NCBI GenBank assembly: GCA_963836185.1
Contig: CAWIIQ010000001.1
Coordinates: 1,312,001 to 1,376,000 of the forward strand
Source: Candidatus Krumholzibacteriia bacterium
GTDB taxonomy: Bacteria > Krumholzibacteriota > Krumholzibacteriia > Krumholzibacteriales > Krumholzibacteriaceae
Length of the DNA: 64,000 bases
Direction: 5' to 3'
The notes below the pieces were generated by a model. That model did not search any database and was not told the origin of the DNA. It saw only the letters and a list, made by a program, of their open reading frames with translations. Position numbers and translations under genes: made by a program. This document shows positions 40,057 through 50,838 of the stretch, piece by piece (positions within the stretch are counted from its first letter, which is position 1; each line of letters starts with the position of its first letter).

Positions 40057-41943
40057 ATGAGAAGGTATGCGCGACTAGTCGTTGCATCCGTGCTTCTCAC
40101 CACGCTCTTGTCAGTGGGCGCTGCCGCTCACGTTTCGTGGGATGGCACGGCCGGTATGCTCAGGGTCTATGACGCTGGCACAGTTGGAAAAGGAAAACTG
40201 GTCTTTTCGATGGGCACATCGTACATGCGGTGGCCCGACGAGGTCCTGCTGCAGTGTCCCGGCAGCTTCTACGACCAGGCCGGCGGAACTGACCCCAGGA
40301 CGGTAACGTACAATTTCTTCACATCCAGGGCGGGACTGACTCTCGGACTCAGCGACCATGTTGAGATCGCGGCCAACCTCGATATCCGTAACTGGATAAT
40401 GCAGGTTCCTGAAGAGTTCCAGACGGATGAATTCGAGACCTATTATCGCGGCGGGCTCGGTGACACGTGGCTGCTGCTCAAGCTCGCTCCTCCTATTCCG
40501 ACCAAGTACTTCAAGTTCGGAATCCTCGGTACGGCGAGTTTTCCTACGGGAAACAAGGAGAGAAGGTTTACGACCGATTCGATCGATTTCCGGCTCGACG
40601 GTCTGTTTACCTTCGACCTTACACATACCGACGCCTTCGTTCCGACGAAACTTCACTTTAACGTGGGGTACGTGTTCAACAGGAACGAGGAGTTCGGTTA
40701 CGGGATAACCAATACGAGCAATCCGAATCTGAGCGGATTCTACCCTCCGGCATATCCGGCTACCCCGGAGGGAGAGAGCGACAGCTACAACGACCTGTTC
40801 AAGTTCGGAAGTGGTATCGAGTTCATGCTCGAACACACGAAGCTGTTCGTCGAGTTCAGATGGGACCAGTTCACCAGCTACGAAGGACTGTCTGACAGCT
40901 GTGGAATACAGAACGTCAACAAGAGCATGTATACACTTACGCCGGGAATCTCGGTGGAATCGAAGAACGGCGTAGGCCTGCTGCTCGGATTCGATATCAA
41001 TCTCAACTCGCAGGAAAATCAGTCGATCATGAATCCGCCTGACTGGATGGCGTATTTCGCGCTGACCTTCGGCGGCTACGTGATGCCTCAGGACGCGGAC
41101 AAGGACGGTATCGAGGATAAGGTTGACAAGTGTCCAGACGATCCGGAAGATTTCGACGGGTACGAGGACGAGGACGGGTGCCCCGAGCTTGATAATGACG
41201 GGGACGGCATCAATGACGACATGGACGAATGCCCCGATCTGGCCGAGGATTTCGACGGATACCAGGATGATGACGGGTGCCCCGATCTTGATAACGACGG
41301 TGACGGCATACCCGACGTGGACGACAGGTGCCCCATGGAGCCCGAGGACTTCGACGGATTCGAGGACAGCGACGGCTGCCCCGATATACTCCAGGATACG
41401 GACGAGGACGGTGTCCCCGATGACACCGACAAATGTCCTCTCAAGCCTGAAGATATCGACGGGTTCCAGGATGAGGATGGCTGTCCAGATCTCGACAACG
41501 ATCTCGACGGGATCCTCGATACAGAGGACCAGTGCCCGAACGAGCCCGAGACTTTCAACGGATACATGGATGAGGATGGATGTCCCGACGAGAGGCCGAT
41601 CGAGCAGAAGTTCATTCTTCGCGGGATAAACTTCGAGAGCGGCTCAGCGTCCCTGACGCCTGACAGCTACTCGGTGCTCGACCAGGTGGTCAAATCCCTG
41701 ATGGCGTATCCCGAGGTGAAAGTAGAGGTGCGCGGATACACCGACAGCGTGGGTGGATGGGAATCGAACCTCACTCTTTCCCAGCGCAGGGCCGATTCCG
41801 TCAAAAAGTACCTGACCAACTCGGGTATCGAGAGCGAGAGGCTCCTTTCGAAGGGTTACGGCGAAGCCGATCCCATAGCCTCGAACAAGACTGCCGGCGG
41901 CAGGGCGGAGAACAGGAGGATCGAGTTCCACCGCATGAACTAG
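40057..41943 (+). CDS. OmpA-family protein with N-terminal barrel and thrombospondin type 3 repeats
   Basis: Signal peptide; DxDxDG..D.CP repeats; OmpA domain 'INFESGS..GYTDSVG..NLTLSQRRA..GYGE..NRRIEF'. Confidence 0.93.
   Translation: MRRYARLVVASVLLTTLLSVGAAAHVSWDGTAGMLRVYDAGTVGKGKLVFSMGTSYMRWPDEVLLQCPGSFYDQAGGTDPRTVTYNFFTSRAGLTLGLSDHVEIAANLDIRNWIMQVPEEFQTDEFETYYRGGLGDTWLLLKLAPPIPTKYFKFGILGTASFPTGNKERRFTTDSIDFRLDGLFTFDLTHTDAFVPTKLHFNVGYVFNRNEEFGYGITNTSNPNLSGFYPPAYPATPEGESDSYNDLFKFGSGIEFMLEHTKLFVEFRWDQFTSYEGLSDSCGIQNVNKSMYTLTPGISVESKNGVGLLLGFDINLNSQENQSIMNPPDWMAYFALTFGGYVMPQDADKDGIEDKVDKCPDDPEDFDGYEDEDGCPELDNDGDGINDDMDECPDLAEDFDGYQDDDGCPDLDNDGDGIPDVDDRCPMEPEDFDGFEDSDGCPDILQDTDEDGVPDDTDKCPLKPEDIDGFQDEDGCPDLDNDLDGILDTEDQCPNEPETFNGYMDEDGCPDERPIEQKFILRGINFESGSASLTPDSYSVLDQVVKSLMAYPEVKVEVRGYTDSVGGWESNLTLSQRRADSVKKYLTNSGIESERLLSKGYGEADPIASNKTAGGRAENRRIEFHRMN
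41092..41589 (+). repeat. Five ~99-bp coding repeat units (TSP3 calcium-binding repeats)
   Basis: D.D.DG..D..D.CP...ED.DG..D.DGCP(D/E) repeated 5 times. Confidence 0.85.
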
Positions 41944-41965
41944 CCGGATCTGACGCAGAAGTGAC

Positions 41966-42003
41966 AAAGGTCCGCGGGGCTCAGGCTCCGCGGACCTTTT
42001 TTT
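41966..42003. terminator. Intrinsic terminator between convergent ompA and mazG
   Basis: AAAGGTCCGCGG...CCGCGGACCTTTTTTT. Confidence 0.8.
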
Positions 42004-42022
42004 CTCTGTTGCCGGAACAAGG

Positions 42023-42829
42023 TCATTGAGATTTCTTGCTCTCCTGCCAGAGCGCCTCCATCTCTTCGAGGGTCATCGCGCCGAGATTCCTGCCCATGGC
42101 AGCAGCCTTCGATTCCATGATGCCGAAGCGTTTAACGAACTTGTCCGTCGTCCTCTCGAGTGAGCTCTCGCAATCGACGTTGAGGGCTCTGGCCAGGTTG
42201 ACTACGGTGAACAGGATATCGCCGACCTCTTCGCGGACGTGCTTGCGGTCGCCGCTCTCCACGGCCTCGCGCAGCTCGTCGATCTCTTCATGCATCTTGT
42301 CGATGACGCCTTCGTGTCCGGTCCAGTCGAATCCCTCTCCTGCCGCTTTCTTTTGCATAGCGAAGGCTCTGCGAAGCGGAGGCAGCCCAGGCGACACCGA
42401 AGAGAGCAGGCTTTCGCCGCCTTTGTCGGATCTCTCCGCCTTCTTGATCCTTTCCCACTCGGCGAGACTTTCCTTTTCGCAGCCTGCGCTCGTTTCCCCG
42501 AACACGTGAGGATGGCGCCTCACAATTTTCTCGTGTACGGCCGCTGTGATCCCGGACAGCGTTGACTTTCTTTTCTCGAGCATAAGCTCGTGGATGAACA
42601 CGATAAGAAAGATGACGTCGCCGAGTTCCTCCTCGAGATGGTCAGCGTCGCCGGATCTCTCCGCCTGCAGCAGTTCATATGCCTCGTCTATCATATACGA
42701 GATCATCTCATCGAGGCTTCGCTCCCTGTCCCACGGGCAGCCGCCGGGGGACCTCAGGGTACGCAGGGTCTTCCTCAATGAGGCTATCTCGGCTGAAAAC
42801 CGGTCATCATCGATAATTTTGTCTTTCAT
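42023..42829 (-). CDS. mazG: Nucleoside triphosphate pyrophosphohydrolase MazG
   Basis: LRSPGGCPWD, EAYEL, EELGD, RRHPHVFG, GFDW and EVGDILF motifs. Confidence 0.95.
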   Translation of the reverse strand: MKDKIIDDDRFSAEIASLRKTLRTLRSPGGCPWDRERSLDEMISYMIDEAYELLQAERSGDADHLEEELGDVIFLIVFIHELMLEKRKSTLSGITAAVHEKIVRRHPHVFGETSAGCEKESLAEWERIKKAERSDKGGESLLSSVSPGLPPLRRAFAMQKKAAGEGFDWTGHEGVIDKMHEEIDELREAVESGDRKHVREEVGDILFTVVNLARALNVDCESSLERTTDKFVKRFGIMESKAAAMGRNLGAMTLEEMEALWQESKKSQ

Positions 42830-42920
42830 AGTATTAAAATGATATCCGATATTGAACGGCGGCGCAATTCCTGATAAAGTAAGAGATTACTTTAATGGCC
42901 CGTTTATGGAGGCGGACCCG

Positions 42921-45704
42921 ATGCAGAAACTCGTTATCCGGGGCGCGCGTGAACACAACCTCAGGGACATAGATCTCGAGCTTCCGCACAGGAAGATAAT
43001 CGCTGTTACCGGGGTTTCCGGGTCGGGTAAGTCATCCCTTGCATTCGACACGATATTCGCAGAGGGCCAGCGGAGGTATATCGAGTCGCTCTCCACATAT
43101 GCCAGGCAGTTCATCGAGAAGCTGAGCCGGCCGGACCTTGACATCATCGAGGGGATCAGCCCCACCATCGCGATAAAGCAGAAGAATACCGTAACGACGG
43201 CGAGATCTACGGTCGGCACCGCTACTGAGATCTACGACTACCTTCGCCTGATGTACGCGAGGGCGGGAAGGACCCACTGTCCCGACTGCGGTGTCGAAGT
43301 GAGGTCGTGGACGCCAACAGATGTCGCAAACGAGACCCTGAGTCTTTTCGAGGGAAAGCGGGTATACCTGCTCATACCGGGAGACGGTAACGGCAGCGAT
43401 GACTGGGAGACGAGAAAGAGCTATCTTCTGGCCCGCGGGTATACAAGGGTGGTTGCTGGAGAAGTGACGGCGAGGGTCGAGGAGTTCGATCCGAACGGTT
43501 CTGATACCTCGAGAATCGATATTCTCATAGACAGAGTAAAGGTCTCTGGATCGTCCCGTTCCAGGATAGCAGAGGGGGCTGAGACTGCTTACAGTGAGCA
43601 CGAGGGAATAGTAGACATACTGGAACCAGAGAGCGGTGAGAGGGTTCGTTTCAGCCTCGCTCCTTCCTGCGGCAGTTGCGGCCGGGTATTCGCTCAGCCG
43701 ACCCCTCATCTGTTTTCTTTCAACAGCCCGTACGGCGCATGTCCCGAATGCAAGGGATTCGGGGACCGCATGGAGTTTGCCGAGGAGATGATAATTCCGG
43801 ACGGCAGGAAAACGCTCAAGGAGAGGGCTGTCGATCCATGGGCGAGGGAGAGGTTCGAGTATTTTCACACGAAGATGATCAAGTTCTGCAGAAAGAAGAA
43901 GATACCTCTCGATATTCCCTGGAAGGATCTGCCGGAAGAGACGAGACATCTCCTGCTCGATGGCGAAGGAGATTACAGGGGAGTGATTCCCTTCCTCGAG
44001 AAGATGAAGGAGAAGAGTTACAAGAAGGGGCACAGGTTCTTTACCCGTAGGTATATGGGATACACGACCTGCCGTTCATGCAGGGGGTCGCGGCTCAGGG
44101 AGGAAGCGCGTTTCGTCTTTGTCGGGGGACTAGCGATAAGCGATCTCGCGGCTATGCCGCCGCGGGAGATAATGAAAGTCCTTGGAAACGCGGAGTTCAC
44201 GAAGAGGGAGAAGGCGATCGCCAGGGACATCCTCTCTGAGCTCGAATCGAGGCTGGGATTTCTTGTCGATGTCGGTCTCGGATACCTTACGCTCGACAGG
44301 CTGACCCGCACTCTTTCGGGAGGTGAAGCCCAGCGGATCAATCTCGCCAATTCACTCGGAGCTAATCTCGTCGATACCCTGTATGTGCTGGACGAACCTT
44401 CAGTGGGACTGCATGCCGCTGATAATAGCAGACTCATCGATGTGATGCGGCGGCTCAGGGACCTTGGGAACACCGTCATCGTTGTCGAACACGACCCCGA
44501 GATCATAAGGTCCGCGGATCACCTGCTCGACCTCGGCCCGGGGCCGGGTCGGGACGGGGGGCTGGTACTGTATAACGGACCTGTATCGGAGGCTGCCGCT
44601 GCTCCCTCGCTTACGCAGGAAGGTGAATCCGCGACACTAAAGTGGGTATTCGGCAATGACGGACGGGTCGAACTCAAGGACAGGGTACGCGAGCCTTCCG
44701 GTTCCATAGTCCTCGAGGGGGTATCGGAACACAACATGAAGGAGGCGAACGTCACTTTCCCGCTTGGAAATCTCGTGTGCGTAACGGGAGTCTCCGGGTC
44801 GGGGAAGAGCACATTGGTCGTAGATGTTCTCTACAGGCTTCTGGGCAGAAAACGGGCTCTCGGGGGGCATCCTGGGATCTCTGGATGGAAGCTCGACGGA
44901 AAACTCGACCGGGTTCTCCTTATAGACCAGTCGCCGATCGGCGCGACCCCCAGATCGAATCCGGTCACCTATATAAAGGGGTTCTCCTTTATCAGGGAGC
45001 TGTTTGCCATGCAGCGGAAATCCCTTGTCAGGGGGTACAAGGCGGGCAGGTTCAGCTTCAACAAGGCCGGGGGAAGATGCTCCAGGTGTGACGGGATGGG
45101 GTACAGGCGAGTCGAGATGCATTTCATGGCAGATGTCTTCGTGCCGTGCGATGAATGCGATGGAAAGAGATACAACCTCGACACCCTCGAGATACTGTAC
45201 AGGGGGAAATCGATATCGGACGTACTCGAGATGACCGTCGATGAGGCGATACTCTTTTTCGACGAGGTCCCGCTGCTGGGCGAGAAACTCTGGGTGCTTT
45301 CGAAGACAGGTCTGGGCTACCTGCGCCTGGGGCAGCCGTCGAATACCCTTTCCGGCGGAGAGGCGCAGAGGATCAAGATAGCTCGTGAACTTGCCGAATC
45401 AGGGGGACAGAACAATCTCTACATCATGGACGAGCCTACTACCGGTCTTCATGTGAGCGATGTCGACAGGCTGCTTTCCATACTCGACGACCTGGTAGAC
45501 GCGGGGCATTCGGTCATCACGATCGAGCACAATATGGATATGATAGCGAGATCCGACCACGTCATCGACCTCGGCCCGGGCGGCGGAGTCGACGGAGGGC
45601 GAGTTATAGCTTGTGGCGATCCTCATGCGATCGTAAAATCGAAAAAGTCCGTAACGGGCAGATATCTGGGTGATTACCTTTCGAAGTACGGGCGGGAGGC
45701 TTAG
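42921..45704 (+). CDS. uvrA: Excinuclease ABC subunit A
   Basis: GAREHNL; two GVSGSGKS Walker A; two LSGGEAQRI; zinc-binding CxxC pairs; FSFNSPYGAC; SD GGAGG. Confidence 0.95.
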   Translation: MQKLVIRGAREHNLRDIDLELPHRKIIAVTGVSGSGKSSLAFDTIFAEGQRRYIESLSTYARQFIEKLSRPDLDIIEGISPTIAIKQKNTVTTARSTVGTATEIYDYLRLMYARAGRTHCPDCGVEVRSWTPTDVANETLSLFEGKRVYLLIPGDGNGSDDWETRKSYLLARGYTRVVAGEVTARVEEFDPNGSDTSRIDILIDRVKVSGSSRSRIAEGAETAYSEHEGIVDILEPESGERVRFSLAPSCGSCGRVFAQPTPHLFSFNSPYGACPECKGFGDRMEFAEEMIIPDGRKTLKERAVDPWARERFEYFHTKMIKFCRKKKIPLDIPWKDLPEETRHLLLDGEGDYRGVIPFLEKMKEKSYKKGHRFFTRRYMGYTTCRSCRGSRLREEARFVFVGGLAISDLAAMPPREIMKVLGNAEFTKREKAIARDILSELESRLGFLVDVGLGYLTLDRLTRTLSGGEAQRINLANSLGANLVDTLYVLDEPSVGLHAADNSRLIDVMRRLRDLGNTVIVVEHDPEIIRSADHLLDLGPGPGRDGGLVLYNGPVSEAAAAPSLTQEGESATLKWVFGNDGRVELKDRVREPSGSIVLEGVSEHNMKEANVTFPLGNLVCVTGVSGSGKSTLVVDVLYRLLGRKRALGGHPGISGWKLDGKLDRVLLIDQSPIGATPRSNPVTYIKGFSFIRELFAMQRKSLVRGYKAGRFSFNKAGGRCSRCDGMGYRRVEMHFMADVFVPCDECDGKRYNLDTLEILYRGKSISDVLEMTVDEAILFFDEVPLLGEKLWVLSKTGLGYLRLGQPSNTLSGGEAQRIKIARELAESGGQNNLYIMDEPTTGLHVSDVDRLLSILDDLVDAGHSVITIEHNMDMIARSDHVIDLGPGGGVDGGRVIACGDPHAIVKSKKSVTGRYLGDYLSKYGREA

Positions 45705-46689
45705 ATGAAGATCCTCGTAACAGGCGGAGCGGGATATATCGGCAGTGTGGTGACTGAGTTCCTGATCGATTCGGGTCACGAGGTCGTCATCATCGACAAC
45801 CTTTCGACCGGACACAGGGGGGCGCTTAATTCCGGAGCCGAATTTCATGAGGGCGATCTGCTCGACACAGGCTTCGTCGAAAAAGTGCTCACGGGGGGGG
45901 TGGAAGCCGTCTGTCATTTCGCCGCGTTTTCACAGGTAGGCGAATCTGTAGCTGATCCCCTGAAATATTATTCGAATAATGTCACAGGCGCCATATCTCT
46001 TCTCACCGCGATGAGGAATTCAGGTACGAGACATTTCCTCTTCTCGTCTACCGCCGCGGTCTACGGCGAACCGGAGGATGTGCCCATCACGGAGGATTCG
46101 GCGCTGATGCCCGTAAACGCCTATGGAAACACGAAGCTCGCTATCGAGAGGATGCTCGGCGACTGCGCGAAAGGGTGGGAACTGAGATCGCTCTCACTGA
46201 GGTATTTCAATGCCGCCGGCGCTTCGAAGGACCATGGAGAGGACCATCGCCCCGAGACCCATCTGATCCCCCTGCTGCTCGATGCCGCCATGGGAAGGCG
46301 GGGAGAACTTGTCGTATACGGTGATGATTATCCCACAAGAGACGGCACATGTATCAGGGATTATATACATGTCAAGGATCTGGCGACCGCTCATGTCCTG
46401 GGGCTCGAGAAACTTCTCGAAGGATATTTCAGGTGCGCTCAACCTCGGCAACGGGACGGGATTCTCAGTCCTCGAGGTTATGGAGGCCGCATCCAGGGTG
46501 ACAGGTCTCGAGGTGCCGCACCGTATCGGCGGCCGGAGGCAGGGAGATCCGGCAACACTGGTCGCCTCTTCCTCGAGGGCCGAGGAAGTTCTCGGATGGA
46601 AGAGGGAGTATCCCGAAGTCGACCGGATAATCGACGATGCTTATCAATGGAGAAAGTCTTTCCCTGAGGGGTATCCGGCCTCTTCATAA
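45705..46689 (+). CDS. galE: UDP-glucose 4-epimerase, frameshifted near 46425
   Basis: GGAGYIGS, HFAA, SSTAAVYG, YGNTK, LRYFNAAG and RDYIHV; tail 'NLGNGTGFSV..RRQGDP' lies in the next frame. Confidence 0.9.
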
Positions 46690-46889
46690 ACAGTTGAAAA
46701 GATTACGGCTTATGGCCGGAATTCTACCAGCCTCTCATGCCCGTGCATCGCAGGTCCGGGAGGCCGCGGACATATCTTCAGATCGCGACAGGGCCGGCGA
46801 CACCATAACTCATTAAATAACAACCGTATAGGAGCCCCACCTCGAGGCCGGTGAAACTCTTGCTGTCCTGGTCATGTATCGGCATCCCA

Positions 46890-46904
46890 TGGCATATCAA
46901 TTGC
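46890..46904 (+). promoter_or_regulatory. Sigma54 (-24/-12) promoter
   Basis: TGGCATATCAATTGC = GG-N10-GC, about 40 nt upstream of ATG 46946; weak IHF-like site at 46806-46818. Confidence 0.65.
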
Positions 46905-46945
46905 CCTCTCAAGAAGTGAGACAGTGCGCTTTTTGAGAGGGAGAT

Positions 46946-49446
46946 ATGAGGACAGAGCAGATTACAGACCTTTTCAAAGCGGTCAGGGACAGGGGTCCGT
47001 CTACCGTTCGTTCTCTTGTTCAGGCGATCGACGGTCCACTGGGCAGGATGCTCGGAACGGCCGCGTGCGCCCTCGAGGTGTATCGCCCCGGGGCTCTGTA
47101 TCTCTCGCGGAGGATCGCCGGAATAGACGATAACGGGCTTGCCGCCCTGTTCGGGATCCGGCCGGGAAAGGTAGAGGACTGGACGGTCATCGATCCTGAC
47201 GGAGAGCGCCGCATAGGCCCCGCCTCTGGAATATCAGTCGCCAGCCTGCCCTTCTATTTTGAGGGTTCGGAAGCTGGAAGGCTCTACCTTCTCACTGGGC
47301 CGGGAGAACATGCTCCACTTGGAGAGGACTCGGCGGAGCTTCTCTCAGAAGCGATATCCACGATGATCCATCCGTGCATGATCAGGAGAAGCAGCGAGGG
47401 GAACTCGACCGGCGAGTCGCTCAGGGCCGAACTGTTGGAAGCGACAGGAGACGACGGACTGATGCGCGGACTGCTCGGCGGGATGACGGAGCATTCAGGC
47501 GCCGAATTCTGCGCTTACCTCTCAGGCAGAGGTGGAGGCACGCTTCACCTTATGGCACAGGGGAAAGAATATTCCGTGATGTTCTCCGAGATCAGGGAAA
47601 AGTTGAAGACCTCGCTTCGCATGTTCACCAACGGCGATGCTGGTGAATGGATAGAAAGAGAAAAAGTATATTACGCGGCCAACGGAAGCGGCGCTTCTCT
47701 TCCCGCGGGAGGAACCGGGATAGAGAGTTACTTCCTCGTACCGGTCACATCGGGAGCGAGAGTTGAGGGAGTCCTGTTCTTCGGCAGCGTGCGGAGGGAC
47801 GCTTTTGTAAGGGAGACGATATCCCGTTTCCGCGTTCTGGCAGGGGACAGTTCTCCGGCCGGGACAAACGACTGCGATGACGATACTGCTGGAGGGATGC
47901 TTGAACAGCTTCTCCTCTCGATACCGTACGGCGCGGCGATCGTCGATTCGGAAGGTACGATCAGCAGGGCAAACGAAGCGCTGCATGCGCATCTTCGGCG
48001 GCGGTGCGTTCGATCGCATCGAGGAGATAGGCGAACGCTCGGCTTTCGACATCAGGACAGCCTGGGACGAGTTTTCCAGGTTCGGACGGAACATCAATGA
48101 CAGGCAGATAGATTCATCCGCCGGTGACGGCAGGAGCATCTCCCTTTCGATGATCCGGATGGAAAGCATCGCCGGTGAGGCCAGATCGGTCATCGTCGTC
48201 AGGGATACGACAGAATTCACCGGGATGGAGCAGAAAAGGGAAGAGGCGATGGCTGTGGTCGCCCATGAGATCAGAACTCCGATGACAGCGTTGAAGAACT
48301 CACTGAGCATCCTCAGCGATGCGGGAGCCGCCGGACATAATGTCATGGAAGATATCGACGGGCCGGGAAGGCGCTTCTTCGAGACAGCTCTGCGTACTGT
48401 CGACAGGCTCTCCGTACTTGTAGACGGGTTGCTCGACGCCTCGATGGTCAGGCGCAGCGGCAGCGATCCGAAGATCGAGAGGGTCGATGTGCAGGTCATT
48501 CCTGGAGGACTCATCACTCCTTTTCTCGAACTCGATGACAAAGAAGGAAATCACTTTTGGAATAGATGTAAACGTGAAGGCGAGGGATGCCTTCATAGAC
48601 CGGGGGATGATGGAGCAGGTGATACAGAATCTCCTGTCGAACTGCCTGAAGCATGTACCGGTGGGAGGGGAGGTCGGGATCAGCGTGAAGACGATGGACA
48701 AGGCGCCCGAATGGATCTCCGGCGTTCTTCCGCTCGAATATTCTGAGAAGCCGGGATACATGGTAATTACGATATCGGATTCCGGGCCGGGCATACCCGA
48801 CGAGGTCGCCCGCTCGATAAATGTCCCGTTTACCGCGGCACCCGCTTCGATAAAGCCTGCAAGTGGGATCGGTCTATATATCGCGGCGCGGCTGGTAAAA
48901 CTTCATGGAGGCAGGCTGATCATAGAGACCGGGGAGAACGGATCGACGATCGATATCTACCTGCCTTCCGACATACAGACGAGTGAGATGATGAGAGGGA
49001 TCATATCGATCCAGTCATCTGTCGAGTCGCTCGTATCGATAGGAGCCTCTCCGATCCTGTACGTGCTGACGAGAGACAATGGGCCGTGCTGGCTCGATGT
49101 CGCCGGAACGATGCGCAACAGGCCGGTGGTCAACCCGACACCCTCCGAAACGGGAAGATCGGGGATCTGTTTCTGGCCCATGGGCGAGAGGCTGGCATTT
49201 GTCATGACCGCAGAGAGAAAGTACAGGGAAAGTCCCATGTCACTCTTCGAGAACGGCATGGGCGGACTGAGGATATTGGAATGGAATCCCGGGGAAACCC
49301 CGGATGCCGGCTGGGCTGTCTGCCCGGACGACGGGAGGGACTACGCGTCCCTGCTGGAAGCTGCTCTGGAAAGAATGGAAGTTGGAGCGGGAGAACCGCT
49401 CCGGAAAGGAGAGAAGGAATGGACCGCTACAGGATCCTTATCGTAG
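46946..49446 (+). CDS. Sensor histidine kinase (GAF-like/PAS/HisKA/HATPase plus degenerate GGDEF-like tail), frameshifts near 47980 and 48491
   Basis: 'LLSIPYGAAIVD..RAN' PAS; AHEIRTPM; NLLSNCLKH, DSGPGI and GIGLYIA; three frames joined by two +1 insertions. Confidence 0.82.
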
Positions 49447-49826
49447 AGGATGATGAGGATATCGTCGAAACGGTCAAGTATGCCCTCGAGCTGAGAGGTT
49501 TCGAGGTCGACGTGGCATATGACGGGCTTCATGCACTTCGCAAGGCGAGGAAGAACGAGTACGACCTGATGCTTCTCGACATCATGCTCCCGGGCAAGAA
49601 TGGATACGAAGTATCCAGGATGCTCAAGCAGGACATGGAAGAAGGAAAGCTATCCCCGTTCAAGATCCTTGTCCTGACGGCGAGGAAAGTCGACACTCCC
49701 GAGCGAGAAGATTTTCTCGCGACCTGGTCGAATGCCGATGAATACATGTACAAGCCGTTCGAGCTCGACGATCTTATCAACAGGATCAATATGCATCTGG
49801 CCGCGGAAACGGTCGAAGTTAACTGA
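49419..49826 (+). CDS. Single-domain response regulator
   Basis: ILIVEDD, LLDIMLPG, LTA and KPF motifs. Confidence 0.92.
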   Translation: MDRYRILIVEDDEDIVETVKYALELRGFEVDVAYDGLHALRKARKNEYDLMLLDIMLPGKNGYEVSRMLKQDMEEGKLSPFKILVLTARKVDTPEREDFLATWSNADEYMYKPFELDDLINRINMHLAAETVEVN

Positions 49827-49895
49827 GAGAACCCCGGAGGTGAGGCAGGCGGAGCGGCGGTATGCGCTGCCGGAACCGGAATGCCTGGAGACTCG

Positions 49896-50588
49896 ATGGC
49901 CAGCGAAACGGCAATAAGTATTGGCGGCGGGTGCGAATATATGGCGAGCCTTATAGACAGCTCGCCAGTGCCCATGATAGCGCTCGATACGAGCCTGCGG
50001 ATAATCATGTTCAACAGGGCGGCCCGTGATCTGACCGGGTTCGAAACTGAGGATGTGATGGGCTGCAGGATAAGTTCGCTCGTAGGATTCGCCGATACTC
50101 GCCGTATCATCAGGGATATGCGAGGCCGCAGCAAGTCATCAGTCGATCATATGGCGAGGTTCGGGAAGTGTGGTGGCGGGGAGGTGCCCGTGAGCCTGAA
50201 AGTGAGTCCGGTTACAGGCAAGGGAGGAGAGCTCGCCGGAGCTATAATACTTGCCACTGATATGACCGAACTGCGTGAACTCCAGTCAAAGATGCTGGAG
50301 GCGGAGAGGGTAACGGCGATAACCGAGACGGCGATAAGCGTAAATCACGAGATCAACAATCCGCTCTGCTCGATACTCGGCTACACCCAGTTGATACTGA
50401 TGGACCGGGAATCGCTCGATCCGGACGTCGTCAGAAAGCTTGAGAGCATCGAGAAACAGATAGTGCGGATACAGGAGATCGCCGACAGGCTTGGGCGCAT
50501 CAACAGGCCCGTTCTCAAGGAATATGTGGGGGGAAGCAGAATGCTCGACATGGAACATTCCTGCGTCGAGGAAGCGGACGACGAATAA
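49896..50588 (+). CDS. PAS plus HisKA phosphoacceptor protein lacking an HATPase domain
   Basis: 'FNRAARDLTGF' PAS; 'VNHEINNPL' H-box; ends about 60 aa later with 'EYVGGSRMLD'. Confidence 0.82.
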   Translation: MASETAISIGGGCEYMASLIDSSPVPMIALDTSLRIIMFNRAARDLTGFETEDVMGCRISSLVGFADTRRIIRDMRGRSKSSVDHMARFGKCGGGEVPVSLKVSPVTGKGGELAGAIILATDMTELRELQSKMLEAERVTAITETAISVNHEINNPLCSILGYTQLILMDRESLDPDVVRKLESIEKQIVRIQEIADRLGRINRPVLKEYVGGSRMLDMEHSCVEEADDE

Positions 50589-50630
50589 ATCGTTGACAAA
50601 AGCCCATAAATTAATAAGATTACCGTCCGT

Positions 50631-50706
50631 GGGAAGGTAGCTCAGTCGGTAGAGCAACGGATTGAAAATCCGTGTGTCGGGGGTTCAATTCCCTCCCTTC
50701 CCACCA
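50631..50706 (+). tRNA. tRNA-Phe (GAA)
   Basis: 76-nt cloverleaf GGGAAGG/CCTTCCC; anticodon arm ACGGA-TTGAAAA-TCCGT; GTTCAA; encoded CCA; TTGACA(50593)/TAAGAT promoter. Confidence 0.96.
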
Positions 50707-50717
50707 CCGATATACAG

Positions 50718-50741
50718 CCGGATCATCGATCCGGTTTTTTT
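50718..50741 (+). terminator. Intrinsic terminator after tRNA-Phe
   Basis: CCGGATC-atc-GATCCGG followed by TTTTTTT. Confidence 0.75.
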
Positions 50742-50758
50742 GTGGAATACTTCGCCTG

Positions 50759-50803
50759 TATAAAGAAAGAGGCCGGACAGGGCGCCCGGCCTCTTTCTTT
50801 ATA
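50759..50803. terminator. 18-bp perfect inverted repeat, probable terminator for the 50839..51402 gene
   Basis: TATAAAGAAAGAGGCCGG...CCGGCCTCTTTCTTTATA. Confidence 0.7.
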
Positions 50804-50838
50804 GCCGCTGGAGATATCAGCGGTCTCGGGAAGAATCG

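Noticed and set aside
41092-41589. TSP3 repeats as a DGR or other non-coding repeat system
   Set aside because: They are ordinary in-frame calcium-binding repeats of OmpA-TSP3 proteins, and no reverse transcriptase is present.
42023-42829. MazG as part of an anti-phage or toxin-antitoxin system
   Set aside because: It is the housekeeping two-domain form, with no toxin or defence neighbours.
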